Below are positions 27,566-37,144 of a stretch of 40,400 nt of DNA, in pieces. Within the stretch, counting starts at the first letter, position 1. Every line of letters starts with the position of its first letter. Position numbers and translations under genes: made by a program. The notes under the pieces are model-generated. The model made no database searches. It saw nothing but the letters and a program-made list of their open reading frames with translations, and was not told the DNA's origin. Source of the DNA: an uncultured Opitutales bacterium (lineage in GTDB: Bacteria > Verrucomicrobiota > Verrucomicrobiia > Opitutales > JABSRG01); NCBI GenBank assembly GCA_964417945.1, contig CAYQKH010000001.1, positions 3,443 to 43,842 of the forward strand, given 5' to 3'.

Positions 27566-28582
27566 GTGATCACCCGAGTCCTCGATGCCACCAAGCCTTC
27601 CGAGATGGAATGGGCAATACAGTCTCTCCGTGACGGTGGAATCGGGGCTTTTCCTACCGAAACCGTCTACGGATTAGCCGGCGATGCTCGCCGCGAAGCG
27701 GTTGTGGAAAAAATTTTCGCGGCCAAAAATCGTCCTTACACCGACCCGCTGATCGTTCACGTGGGCAGCATGGAAGCCGCCAGGTTAGTCGCCGATTTTT
27801 CTCCGCTCGCCCGCGCTCTTGCCAATCATTTCTGGCCGGGTCCCCTTACGCTGATTCTACCAAAATCCTCGGTCATTCCAGGCCTCGTCACTGCCGGGAA
27901 GAATACGGTCGCGGTCCGATGGCCGCTGCACCCGGTTGCCCAGTCAATCCTGAAGAACGGGGAATTGGTCCTCGCCGCTCCCAGCGCCAATGCCTTTGGT
28001 CGCGTCAGCCCAACCCGGCCCAAACATGTCCTCAAAGATCTGGAGGGACGGATAGATTTCGTCCTCGATGGAGGCCCGACCGGGTGGGGCCTTGAATCCA
28101 CCGTCCTCGATGTTTCGGAAAACCGGAAATGGCGGCTTTACCGCCCCGGTCCGGTTTCTGCCGAGGAACTGCAGGCCTGGGTTCAAGCCCATGCTCCCGG
28201 AACCGCTATCGAAGCGTTCGGAATCGCCACGAGCCCGGAGCATTCCCAACCTTCACCGGGTCTTCTTCCCCGGCACTACTCCCCCGATACCCCGTTGAAA
28301 CTGGTTTCGGACGAAGAGGTTCCCGAAGTTATCGAATCTCTGGAAAAAGGCACTCAAGGTTTCCTCTTGCTTACCGGCGTCGGTCCGAATGCGGAATTTT
28401 CAGGTGCCAATCTTCAGTCTCTCTCTTCGGATGGAACCCTTGAATCCGCCGCACGCAACCTTTACGCTTTGCTCCACCAGTTGGATCGTGGAGGGATCTC
28501 CCTGATTTACGTCCAACGTTTCCCCGAGACCGGTTTGGGCGTCGCCCTGAACAACCGCCTCGAACGCGCTGCCCGGCGCTAG
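27566..28582 (+). CDS. sua5: L-threonylcarbamoyladenylate synthase, Sua5 type (YrdC domain plus Sua5 domain)
   Basis: AFPTETVYGL, KNRPYTDPLIVH, FWPGPLT, APSAN, GLESTV, SPGLLPRHYSP, ALNNRLERAA. Confidence 0.95.
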   Translation: MITRVLDATKPSEMEWAIQSLRDGGIGAFPTETVYGLAGDARREAVVEKIFAAKNRPYTDPLIVHVGSMEAARLVADFSPLARALANHFWPGPLTLILPKSSVIPGLVTAGKNTVAVRWPLHPVAQSILKNGELVLAAPSANAFGRVSPTRPKHVLKDLEGRIDFVLDGGPTGWGLESTVLDVSENRKWRLYRPGPVSAEELQAWVQAHAPGTAIEAFGIATSPEHSQPSPGLLPRHYSPDTPLKLVSDEEVPEVIESLEKGTQGFLLLTGVGPNAEFSGANLQSLSSDGTLESAARNLYALLHQLDRGGISLIYVQRFPETGLGVALNNRLERAARR

Positions 28583-28586
28583 AGGG

Positions 28587-30836
28587 TTACCGTTCGGATG
28601 GAGGGGGCCCCGCCGGAACCGGTGCACTCTTTTTGTCCTGTGCCTTCCGGGCTTCTTTATGCTCCTCTTGAGCATAGTAGTCACGATAACTCCGGTCGTA
28701 ATAATGCGAGTAGTAATACGAGGAAATGTTATTGCTGATGTTGTTCATGATCGCCCCGAATACCGGTGTGCTCGAATCCCAGAGGCGCTTCACATTCAAT
28801 TTCGCCGTCTTCCGTTTCACCGTATTGAACTTAATGACATACAGCACTCCGTCGACGAGCGGCAGAAGATTCAAGGCGTCACTGACCGCCGCAAGGGGCG
28901 GCGAATCAATGATGATCTTGTCGTAGCGTTCCTTTAAATCGGAAAGCAACTCCGGAAACTTCGGATTATTCAAGATCTGGGTGGGATTCTTCGCCTTTCC
29001 TCCCGCGGGAAGAATATCCAAGTTGTAAACAAAATCCTTTTGGATCAGCTCGTCGATCGGCACATTATCTTCAAAATAATTTACCAGTCCGCGGGAGAGA
29101 TCGAGCTGGAGCGACTTCCCGATATTCGGCAGGCGAAGGTCGCAGTCGAGCAATAAGGTGCGCTCTCCATGGCTGGCCAGGGTAAACGCGATATTTGTGC
29201 TAAGAAAGGATTTCCCCTCACCGGGTACGGTGCTCGTCGAAAGGATGGTTTTGGCATTTTTACTGTCTTCGCCCAGACGCAGGGAAGAATGGATCGTTCG
29301 AAAGGCTTCGGTCACATGGCGGTCTGCCCCGGATGCCACCGCCTGCGCCTTTTCGGCGGCATCCAACTTCCGCAAGCGGGGGATGATCCCGATAAGCGGC
29401 AAGCCCACCACGCTTTCAACGTCATAGGCCGTCTTCACCCGATCATCCAGAAATGCTACCAGGAAAACCAGTCCGAATCCCCCAGTCAGGCCGAGAAATC
29501 CACCAACCGCGAGATTCAGGAGAGTGCGGGGTTTGTAGGGATTCCGTGGCTCGACTGCCGGGTCGATGATTCGAATCTGAGAGTTCATCAGTTCCGTCTG
29601 CGCCAATTCCTGAGTCATGCGGGAAATCAATGCTTGGTAAAACGCTTTTTCTACCTCCAGCTCACTTTGAATGGCGTTGAATTCTACACGCTCCTTGCCC
29701 AATGCAATCAAATCCTTTTCCTGTTGGTTCAGGCGGTCGAGGGCCGCGTTGTAATTGCGGGACGCTTCACGAAAGCGGGACTGGGTTTCCTCGATCGCGG
29801 AGCGGACTGCTTGCTCTAGCGCCATCTCCGACTCCCGCAAAGCCTCCTTCGCCCGGATCATTTGCGGGTGCTTGTCCCGGTAGCGCTTTGCCAGTTGGGC
29901 GATGTTGATCTTCTGGTTGGTTACCAAAGAGCGTAATTGGGAGACTTTTTCGTTGGAAGCGATGAACGGAAGCTCGTAGAGCACGCCTTCCATCTCCTTT
30001 GCGTCTTCAATTTGCTCAATCCGGGTTGAGAGAAAACCATAATCGGTTTTAGCCGAAACGACAATGTCGTTTAGTCGCTGAATCTCCTGCTGCATGATGT
30101 TCTCATCCGCATCGATGGAGATCGAATTCTTATCTTCCTTATACTGAGCAAGGCGCATTTCGAGGTTTTTCACCTTCGAGCGTTGATCGTCGGCACGGCG
30201 TTTCAAGTCCTCTACCGCCTTGTTTGAAAGACCGAGAGTTTGACGGAGGTTGAAGCGGATAAATTCCTCCGCAAACATATTTGCTACTTGTGCCGCAATC
30301 TTTGGGTCCGGGTGCTCAAACAATACCGTCACGATGAAACTCATCCGTATAGGCTCGATCGTTCGGTTTTCCGCCAAAATCCTTCCCACGCTGATGTCGT
30401 CGCCTGTGCCTCCCTTCCCCTCCTCGTAAGGAGCAAGGAAGCGCCGACGGGGTTCTCCCTGCAAGCGCTTGTCGACGAGGTCGATAATCTGCATGCTCTC
30501 CATCAGCCTGACCTGCGTGTTGAAGTCCTCCGCACCCCGGATTTCAGTCGATTCAATATCCTGCGTAGCTAGGATGCGAGGGTCGTCCCGAAGCACTTGA
30601 ATCGTCGTTGCTGCACGAAAAATTTCTGTGGCATTTACGGTGTAGAGGATACTCCCTGCAACAAAGAGAAAAAAGGTCGGAATAAAAAACCAGATCCGCT
30701 CACGAAATATCAGAAGGTAGTCCTTAATCGTCCGGTGCGATCCGGTGTCGTAACCACCGTAGCCGTAGCCCGCCTGGTTATAGCCGTAACCGTAATAGTA
30801 ACTGTTGTCGTCTTTGAGATAGGGATTGTTGCTCAT
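28587..30836 (-). CDS. Wzc-type polysaccharide co-polymerase / BY tyrosine autokinase
   Basis: Two TM helices flanking a periplasmic coiled coil; Walker A PGEGKS, A' LLLDCDLR, B IIIDSPP; C-terminal Tyr cluster YYYSHYYDRSYRDYY. Confidence 0.94.
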   Translation of the reverse strand: MSNNPYLKDDNSYYYGYGYNQAGYGYGGYDTGSHRTIKDYLLIFRERIWFFIPTFFLFVAGSILYTVNATEIFRAATTIQVLRDDPRILATQDIESTEIRGAEDFNTQVRLMESMQIIDLVDKRLQGEPRRRFLAPYEEGKGGTGDDISVGRILAENRTIEPIRMSFIVTVLFEHPDPKIAAQVANMFAEEFIRFNLRQTLGLSNKAVEDLKRRADDQRSKVKNLEMRLAQYKEDKNSISIDADENIMQQEIQRLNDIVVSAKTDYGFLSTRIEQIEDAKEMEGVLYELPFIASNEKVSQLRSLVTNQKINIAQLAKRYRDKHPQMIRAKEALRESEMALEQAVRSAIEETQSRFREASRNYNAALDRLNQQEKDLIALGKERVEFNAIQSELEVEKAFYQALISRMTQELAQTELMNSQIRIIDPAVEPRNPYKPRTLLNLAVGGFLGLTGGFGLVFLVAFLDDRVKTAYDVESVVGLPLIGIIPRLRKLDAAEKAQAVASGADRHVTEAFRTIHSSLRLGEDSKNAKTILSTSTVPGEGKSFLSTNIAFTLASHGERTLLLDCDLRLPNIGKSLQLDLSRGLVNYFEDNVPIDELIQKDFVYNLDILPAGGKAKNPTQILNNPKFPELLSDLKERYDKIIIDSPPLAAVSDALNLLPLVDGVLYVIKFNTVKRKTAKLNVKRLWDSSTPVFGAIMNNISNNISSYYYSHYYDRSYRDYYAQEEHKEARKAQDKKSAPVPAGPPPSER

Positions 30837-30855
30837 TTACAGTTGGCGGGCAAAT

Positions 30856-31458
30856 TTAGAACGTTCGTTCCGAGAGAAAAACCGTATCTCCGTCCAGGAG
30901 GATGAAGGCCGCTTCGTCCGCGTTGGTCATCATTTTCTGGTAATCCAATTCAAAAGTGACAGTCCGTCCGTCCGGAAGTTCGCGCTTTACCGTAACATTT
31001 CGGGTATTCGCCAGTCGGGTCGCCCCACCGGCCTGGGCGATTGCATCGACCAGCGTAAGCGGGCGGTCGATCGGGATTTCCACCGGTCCCTGGGTATTCA
31101 CCTGTCCCAAAACCTGTACATTTCTCGGGGAGACCTGCAAAACCAGGACATTGATCTGCGGATTGACAAAGTAGTCTCTGTTGTAAAGTTCCGCCAGATA
31201 AATCTGGGCTCCTTCCACCGTCATGCCCCCAATCTCTTGTTTGCCTACCAGGGGGAGAAGAACGGTTCCATCGGCGTCCAGCCGCAGCTCCTGCAGCATG
31301 TCTTCTTCCTGATACATCGTGAAACGAATCAGATCGAATGGGCGCAGCACATAATTGCTATCAACCCCGCCTCCTCCGGAAGTATCCCTGCCCTGACTGT
31401 AGAGGCCTTGGGTCGCCAATAGGAAAAAAACGATGAGAACGTAATTTAACTTTTTCAT
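30856..31458 (-). CDS. Short OPX (Wza-like Poly_export + SLBB) periplasmic polysaccharide export protein
   Basis: YVLRPFDLI...DGTVLLPLVG...YFVNPQINV; VLGQVNTQG...AIAQAGG...LLDGDTVFL. No lipobox Cys and no C-terminal outer-membrane helix. Confidence 0.9.
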   Translation of the reverse strand: MKKLNYVLIVFFLLATQGLYSQGRDTSGGGGVDSNYVLRPFDLIRFTMYQEEDMLQELRLDADGTVLLPLVGKQEIGGMTVEGAQIYLAELYNRDYFVNPQINVLVLQVSPRNVQVLGQVNTQGPVEIPIDRPLTLVDAIAQAGGATRLANTRNVTVKRELPDGRTVTFELDYQKMMTNADEAAFILLDGDTVFLSERTF

Positions 31459-31506
31459 CTGGTTAAAAAAAGCCAGAAGACTCTCATCGAAGGGAATGGG
31501 TTCCCC

Positions 31507-32676
31507 TTAATAGCGGAGCGATGCGGTAATTTTGAGGATGTTTTGCGAATAGTCCGCAATCGCCAGGCTGGAGTCGTTGTCCGAGTATGAATAGCCTGCT
31601 GAGACTGTGACGTATTCGTTCGGGACATAACGAACCCCCACACCGAAATTGATCAAATCGTCTTCGCGTGTGGAATTGACGTAATCGGAATTCTCAAAAC
31701 CAAGATTCGCGTTCATGAACCAGAGTTGAGAGAGACCATAGTCCAGGTCGAAATTGATCCCGCGCTGTTCAATCGATCCACCCGCACCCCCGATCCCGAA
31801 GTCGGAAAATAAACGAGTCGTGACTTGGGTCTTCGGAGAGGCCTCCCAGATCAACTCCCCATCAACCGCGAGGCTGGACTCATCATCCTGTCCCGCAACC
31901 GAGAAAGAACGTTCTTGAAACCCAACTCGGATGTTTCCCGTCAACTTCGGGTTGAATTCTCCCCGGAGCCCAACATTCAAAAAGTGGTCCTCTGGATCAT
32001 TTCCCGGGGCACCGGTTTGGTCCTCAATGTCAACGTCGCGATACTGATACCCTGCCGAAAAGTCCAGTTTTGGGGAAATCGAATAATAAAAGTTGATGGG
32101 GAGAGTGAGGGTTTCCCGATCTGGAATGATCGCTTCTGCAAAGCCTTTGTAAGAAATGTCTGTATATTTCAATCCCCCCCCAAAGCTTGTCTTCGGGGAG
32201 AGAACCCACTCGCCATTCGCCCCTAAGTTAACGATGTCCTGTTGGATCAGACTGCCAATAAAGTTAACGTTGTTCGTATTGCTCTGTCTCTCAAGGTAGG
32301 AGAGGTTCACACCGCCGCTGAACTTTGGCGTTTCATAGGACCCTGAAGCAATGATGCTTGTCTGCTGACTGTCAAATTGGTCTTCTTCCGTGTAGCGGAC
32401 GAAATCCTCCTGCCAGATAATTGTAAAATCGCCGTTTGTCTGTCCCCTCCCGAAGTTGATTTCGATGCCGGGAACAAAGTGGAACACAACGTCGTCCAAT
32501 TCGTTGGACGGGTCGAGCGTGATGTTGTCGTTCATTTCAACACTGGCTCGTCCATTGAAGAATAAGTCCATATTGTTCCCGATCGACACCATCGGTGCAG
32601 CGGTCAGGGATAGCCCCGGAAGCAGAAGGGCAAATCCTTTAAGAAGGAGGTTAAGGCAGTTTTTCGTAGCTTTCAT
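31507..32676 (-). CDS. Outer-membrane beta-barrel, polysaccharide-export associated (VpsM/EpsX-like)
   Basis: Signal peptide; amphipathic beta-strands; NDNI early motif; C-terminal LKITASLRY aromatic beta-signal. First gene ahead of OPX and Wzc. Confidence 0.8.
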   Translation of the reverse strand: MKATKNCLNLLLKGFALLLPGLSLTAAPMVSIGNNMDLFFNGRASVEMNDNITLDPSNELDDVVFHFVPGIEINFGRGQTNGDFTIIWQEDFVRYTEEDQFDSQQTSIIASGSYETPKFSGGVNLSYLERQSNTNNVNFIGSLIQQDIVNLGANGEWVLSPKTSFGGGLKYTDISYKGFAEAIIPDRETLTLPINFYYSISPKLDFSAGYQYRDVDIEDQTGAPGNDPEDHFLNVGLRGEFNPKLTGNIRVGFQERSFSVAGQDDESSLAVDGELIWEASPKTQVTTRLFSDFGIGGAGGSIEQRGINFDLDYGLSQLWFMNANLGFENSDYVNSTREDDLINFGVGVRYVPNEYVTVSAGYSYSDNDSSLAIADYSQNILKITASLRY

Positions 32677-32873
32677 GAGTTGTAGGTCCCAAGATTGATT
32701 TTGTAAAAAAAACCCATTAAAACTGGGAAATCAATGGTAAATCTCGCGAACTGAAGGGCTAATAACCTCAGAGGATGAATATTTATCTAATTCCGCAACA
32801 CCAAAATTTTAGAAATTTTTGAGCTGCCTTCATTCAGGGAACTTTTTACGAACGCAATCGAATTCGCTTACTC

Positions 32874-34559
32874 ATGACTAATTCTCCAAAAAAATCTCCT
32901 GCCAAGGCGGTGGAAAAGCCTGTTTTTTTCGGTTTTGCCGTGGAAGTTTGGCAGCGCGGCCGGAATCCGCGCTTAAAATTTCGCTGGGGCCGGATTACCG
33001 CCCTCCTCACGCTCCTCCTCTCTTTGGGTTATGGCACCTTTTGCGGCGCCCTCTTCTGGTTTTACAAAGAACGTCGGCAATTTGATGAGATTACTGTAGC
33101 GCAAGTCATCACCTGGCCTTTCAAACGTGCTGAATTTCGACAGAGGATGGGCGAATACTTCATTGAGCGTTCGCGGGAAGAGTTTGATAACCAAAATTTT
33201 GCCCAGGGATTCTATTTTCTTCGTGCTGGAGTGAGCCGGGCCCCGGCGGACCTTGATGCCCGGAAACTTCTCGCCGAATTTTATGAGTTCGGTTTCCGGC
33301 GGACGGATCAGGCTATGAAAGTCCTTGAGGAGGGAATCCCCTACGCGGGATCGGACATCGACTATCTCCGCCTCTTCATCAGCATGCTCCTCCGAAACCA
33401 GGAAGATGCCCGCGTGATTGATTTTGCGGAGAAACATCTGGCAGAGCCCGGGGAGCTCGCGTATTCCGCCGAGGTGGAGGAAAATTCGCAGGAGTGGGAA
33501 CAGCTGCGTTGGCAGGCCCTCCTCGCCTATTCCACCGCCCAGTCCTATTATTTTCGCGGGAATTACGACCGGGCGGAGTCTATCCTTGGGAATTTCGGAT
33601 TACCCGGTACTCATGACGCCATCCTTCTTCAGGCGATGATCCAATGGCAGCGGGGGCAGCGAAACCTCGCGGTAAAAATCCTCGAATCCGGATTGGAGCG
33701 CTACCCGGAATCCGATAACTACCTTCTTCAACTGACTCGCTTCTACCGCGACCTCGATCAACCCGACACCGCCCGTCGATATGCCATCCTCCGGGCAATC
33801 AATTCCCCGGACAATCCGAGACCCCGAATCGACCTCCTCTATTCCTTCAACCAGATGGGCGATACCCAACGGGAGGTCGCCGAAATCAACGGCCTGATCC
33901 AAAAATATTCGGACAATGAGGAAGTCCTCCTTCTTATCGGGAACTTCGCCGCCGACACCGGCCAGCAGAAACTGGCCCGGCGGGTCTACAATCTCGCCCT
34001 GCAACAGAACAACGCTATCTCCACTTTCGCGCTTCTCGTCATCGAGGCCCAAATTGTATCTGGAGACTACGATGAGGCGATCCGCTTCTGTGAGGAACTG
34101 GTGGAGGAGGAACCCGCTTGGTTGCCAGACCGAATGCCCACTTTCAACAGTTTAAGGGCGGTCGCCTACTACGGCACGGAACGAGTGGACCTCGGGCAGC
34201 TCTACCTCAACGACCTTCTTGCTTCACGCGAGCTCCGCTCGGAAACTTTAATCGCGGTTTCACGTCGGCTTGAAGAACTCGGGCTTTTCGATGAATCGGG
34301 CACTGTCCTGCGGGACGCTTTCAGCCGGAATCCGAACAACCAGGCCGCTCTTACCGGACTGATCCAGGTCAACCTCAAACGCAACCAGACCGAGACGATC
34401 CCTGAGCTGGTCTCCAAACTGCTGGAGATGCGTCGGCCCTCTTATTCCCTCCTCGAGGCGGTCTATGCTGAATTGGGTCGCGACCGCTACCTCTTTACCG
34501 AGGAACAGGAATCCCTGCTCGCGAAATTAAAGAGGGTCCTCGAGGAACGGACAGCCTGA
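32874..34559 (+). CDS. Membrane-anchored TPR/alpha-solenoid protein of unknown function
   Basis: Basic N-terminus, one TM helix (ITALLTLLLSLGYGTFCGALFWF), then helical TPR-like repeats. Divergent from the export triad. Confidence 0.75.
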   Translation: MTNSPKKSPAKAVEKPVFFGFAVEVWQRGRNPRLKFRWGRITALLTLLLSLGYGTFCGALFWFYKERRQFDEITVAQVITWPFKRAEFRQRMGEYFIERSREEFDNQNFAQGFYFLRAGVSRAPADLDARKLLAEFYEFGFRRTDQAMKVLEEGIPYAGSDIDYLRLFISMLLRNQEDARVIDFAEKHLAEPGELAYSAEVEENSQEWEQLRWQALLAYSTAQSYYFRGNYDRAESILGNFGLPGTHDAILLQAMIQWQRGQRNLAVKILESGLERYPESDNYLLQLTRFYRDLDQPDTARRYAILRAINSPDNPRPRIDLLYSFNQMGDTQREVAEINGLIQKYSDNEEVLLLIGNFAADTGQQKLARRVYNLALQQNNAISTFALLVIEAQIVSGDYDEAIRFCEELVEEEPAWLPDRMPTFNSLRAVAYYGTERVDLGQLYLNDLLASRELRSETLIAVSRRLEELGLFDESGTVLRDAFSRNPNNQAALTGLIQVNLKRNQTETIPELVSKLLEMRRPSYSLLEAVYAELGRDRYLFTEEQESLLAKLKRVLEERTA

Positions 34560-34589
34560 GACCTCCTACGCTCAATGGGCGCACACACC

Positions 34590-35888
34590 CTACAATTCCT
34601 CCCCTTCCTCCGTATCTTTAACCGTTACCAGCGCGGAGATAATCCGGGTGTCGTCCACCTCCCGGACAATGACTTCAAGGCCGTCAAGGAGAACCTTTTC
34701 TCCCACTTTTGGAATCGTTCCAGCCTCGGCGGTAACGAGTCCGCCAAAGGTGGCCACCTCAATGTTTTCGACGAGAATTCCCAGTTCCTTCTCAAGGTCA
34801 TGAACCGGGGCAAGGCCGGAAATCCGGAAGCGCCCCGCGCCTAATCGCACGATCAGGCTTTCTTCCGCATCGAACTCGTCCTGGATTTCGCCTACGAGCA
34901 CTTCGAGAATGCGTTCAAGCGTTAACACTCCAAGGATGCCCCCGAACTCGTCCTGCACCAGCGCCATATGCATCTTGTAGTTCAACATCCGCTGGAAAAC
35001 TTTCTCCAGGGGCTCATTCTCCTTGAACCGTACGATGGGACGGCTCATGCGCCCGAGATCAATCGTCACCAGGTTCCGCCGGTATCGGAAAAGATCCTTG
35101 ATGTGGATGATCCCGATGCAATGGTCCAGATCCCCTTCGCAAAGGGGGTAGCGGGTGTGACCGTGACGCCGGGCGACCTCCAGATTCTCCTCGATGCCGT
35201 CCGCCGTATCGAAAATGATCACCTGATTGCGAGGGAGGAGGACATCCGCCGCGATCAAATTTCGCATCTGCAGGGTGCGGTTGATGATCGAACGAACCAC
35301 CTTGCTCAGGACCACCGTATTCTCCCCGAGGGCGCGCACCTGGACTTCCACGTCCAACGGGTTAAGATCCTCTTCCAGGTTCAAATTAAGCACCCTGAAC
35401 AGTTTCCCTTTTATCAAACGCAACAGCGTCATGAAGGGCCAGGCCGCCACCTCGCAAGTGAGCAGCAATGGGGAGCTTAAGTGCAGCATCCGCACGGGGT
35501 TCTTCAACGCCAGCCCGCGCGGAAGCAGTTCCACCAACACATAATGAAAAATGAGGGCCGCCGCCAGCGCGAAGACGCCAAACAGCAGGAACGAGGGCTC
35601 GAGGCCTGGTGTCCAGGTCAGTTGCAGGCCTTTAAAAAAGCCCAGCATCCAGATCCCGAAAAATAGCGTGCACCCGGTTTTAGAAAAACGCAGAACCCGG
35701 GCCGCCCGGTCGCTCTTCTCGATCATCCGCCAGATCCATTTGTGTCCCCGTAAACGGTTCATCTCCTCAGGATCGAGCCCTCCATAACGCAGCTTGACGA
35801 GGGCGAACTCACAGCCCACCAAGGCGAAAGAAAACAACAACAGGATCAGTGCCGCAACCCCCCAGACAATCCACTCGATCAGCGTCAT
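34590..35888 (-). CDS. CNNM/CorB (TlyC hemolysin-family) DUF21-CBS-CorC protein
   Basis: CEFALVKLR, VELLPRGLAL, HGHTRYPL, HMALVQDEFGG..GVLTLERILEVLVGEIQDEFD, TFGGLV. Confidence 0.92.
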   Translation of the reverse strand: MTLIEWIVWGVAALILLLFSFALVGCEFALVKLRYGGLDPEEMNRLRGHKWIWRMIEKSDRAARVLRFSKTGCTLFFGIWMLGFFKGLQLTWTPGLEPSFLLFGVFALAAALIFHYVLVELLPRGLALKNPVRMLHLSSPLLLTCEVAAWPFMTLLRLIKGKLFRVLNLNLEEDLNPLDVEVQVRALGENTVVLSKVVRSIINRTLQMRNLIAADVLLPRNQVIIFDTADGIEENLEVARRHGHTRYPLCEGDLDHCIGIIHIKDLFRYRRNLVTIDLGRMSRPIVRFKENEPLEKVFQRMLNYKMHMALVQDEFGGILGVLTLERILEVLVGEIQDEFDAEESLIVRLGAGRFRISGLAPVHDLEKELGILVENIEVATFGGLVTAEAGTIPKVGEKVLLDGLEVIVREVDDTRIISALVTVKDTEEGEEL

Positions 35889-35924
35889 GGCACTTCGCGT
35901 TGAGAGAAAATTTGCGTCATCCCA

Positions 35925-37043
35925 TTAACCCGGTTGGCGGACCTCCTCCAAGAGGCCTTGCAGGGTGTCCAGGACTTGAAGATTCTGCTCGGGCTTTCCC
36001 ACGCTGATCCGAAGGTAGCGACCGAGGCCGTAGCCCTTCAACGGCCGTACGATGATCCCGCGTTTCTGAAGCGCACGAAACAGAGCCATGGCCTGTTCCT
36101 CGCTCTCAAATTCAACCAGCACAAAATTGGCCGAACTGGGTGTAATCCGGCATCCCATCTCCAAGAGTCCGGTCTCCAGTTGCTTGAGTCCTTGCCGATT
36201 TGCCATTCGGCAGAAATCCACCCATTCCGCGTCCTCAAGGGCGCCGAGGGCGGCCTCCTGTGCAAGCAGATTTGCGTTGAAAGGCTGACGGACCTGCTGG
36301 AGCAAGGCGATCAATTCCGGTTCCCCGTAGCCGTAACCCAGGCGGAAGCCCGCCATGCCGTAAATTTTGGAAAAAGTTCTCAGGCAGAGAATATTTCTTC
36401 CCTCCTCGATCAGGGGCCTTAAGTCGGGAGGCTTCTCCAGGTATTCCGCATAGGCCTCATCATAGACGAAAAGAACGTTCGGGGGAAGGGAGCGGACAAA
36501 AACGAAAACGTCCTCCTCCGTATTGGCCGTCCCTGTCGGATTGTTCGGGCTCGGCAGGAAGACGAGACGAGTCCGCTCGGTAACGGCTTCGGCCATCGCC
36601 TTGAGATCGTGCCGCAGGCCCGGCATCGGGACCTCTACGGGTTTGGCCCCGAAAAGCAGAGTCACCAGCTTGTAGACGATAAAGGCGTGGGCACCCATGA
36701 CCGCTTCGTCACCCTCGCCGAGGAAGGCGTGGCCGAGGAGCTCGATGATCTCGTTCGAGCCGTTCCCGGGTAAGACCTGCTCCGGTTGAATCCCAAGATG
36801 GTCGGATAGTTTCCGCCGGAGCTCGGTCGCCCCGCCATCCGGATATAGCCATGCCGAATCCAGTGCCATTTTGGCCGCCTCCAGGGCCTTCGGAGAAGTT
36901 CCGAAGGGGTTTTCGTTCGAAGCCAGCTTAAGCACCCGACCAGGGTCGAGACCGTATTCGCGGGCCACGGCTGAAATTGGTTTTCCCGGCTCGTAAATGG
37001 GTTGGGTCAGAACACGTGGTTTGACAAGGTCTTTGAAGTTCAT
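35925..37043 (-). CDS. hisC: Histidinol-phosphate aminotransferase
   Basis: YEPGKP, KLASNENPFG, GNGSNE, PNNPTG, DEAYAEY, RTFSKIYGMAGFRLGY (PLP Lys). Confidence 0.95.
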   Translation of the reverse strand: MNFKDLVKPRVLTQPIYEPGKPISAVAREYGLDPGRVLKLASNENPFGTSPKALEAAKMALDSAWLYPDGGATELRRKLSDHLGIQPEQVLPGNGSNEIIELLGHAFLGEGDEAVMGAHAFIVYKLVTLLFGAKPVEVPMPGLRHDLKAMAEAVTERTRLVFLPSPNNPTGTANTEEDVFVFVRSLPPNVLFVYDEAYAEYLEKPPDLRPLIEEGRNILCLRTFSKIYGMAGFRLGYGYGEPELIALLQQVRQPFNANLLAQEAALGALEDAEWVDFCRMANRQGLKQLETGLLEMGCRITPSSANFVLVEFESEEQAMALFRALQKRGIIVRPLKGYGLGRYLRISVGKPEQNLQVLDTLQGLLEEVRQPG

Positions 37044-37144
37044 CGGGCTGGGTTGGAGGGAAGGAATATGCGTTTCCACGGTTTTGAAAGCAATAAAAAC
37101 CAAGTCTGTATGCCCTCAAGTCCCTGAGCCCCTTTATCCGCGCT

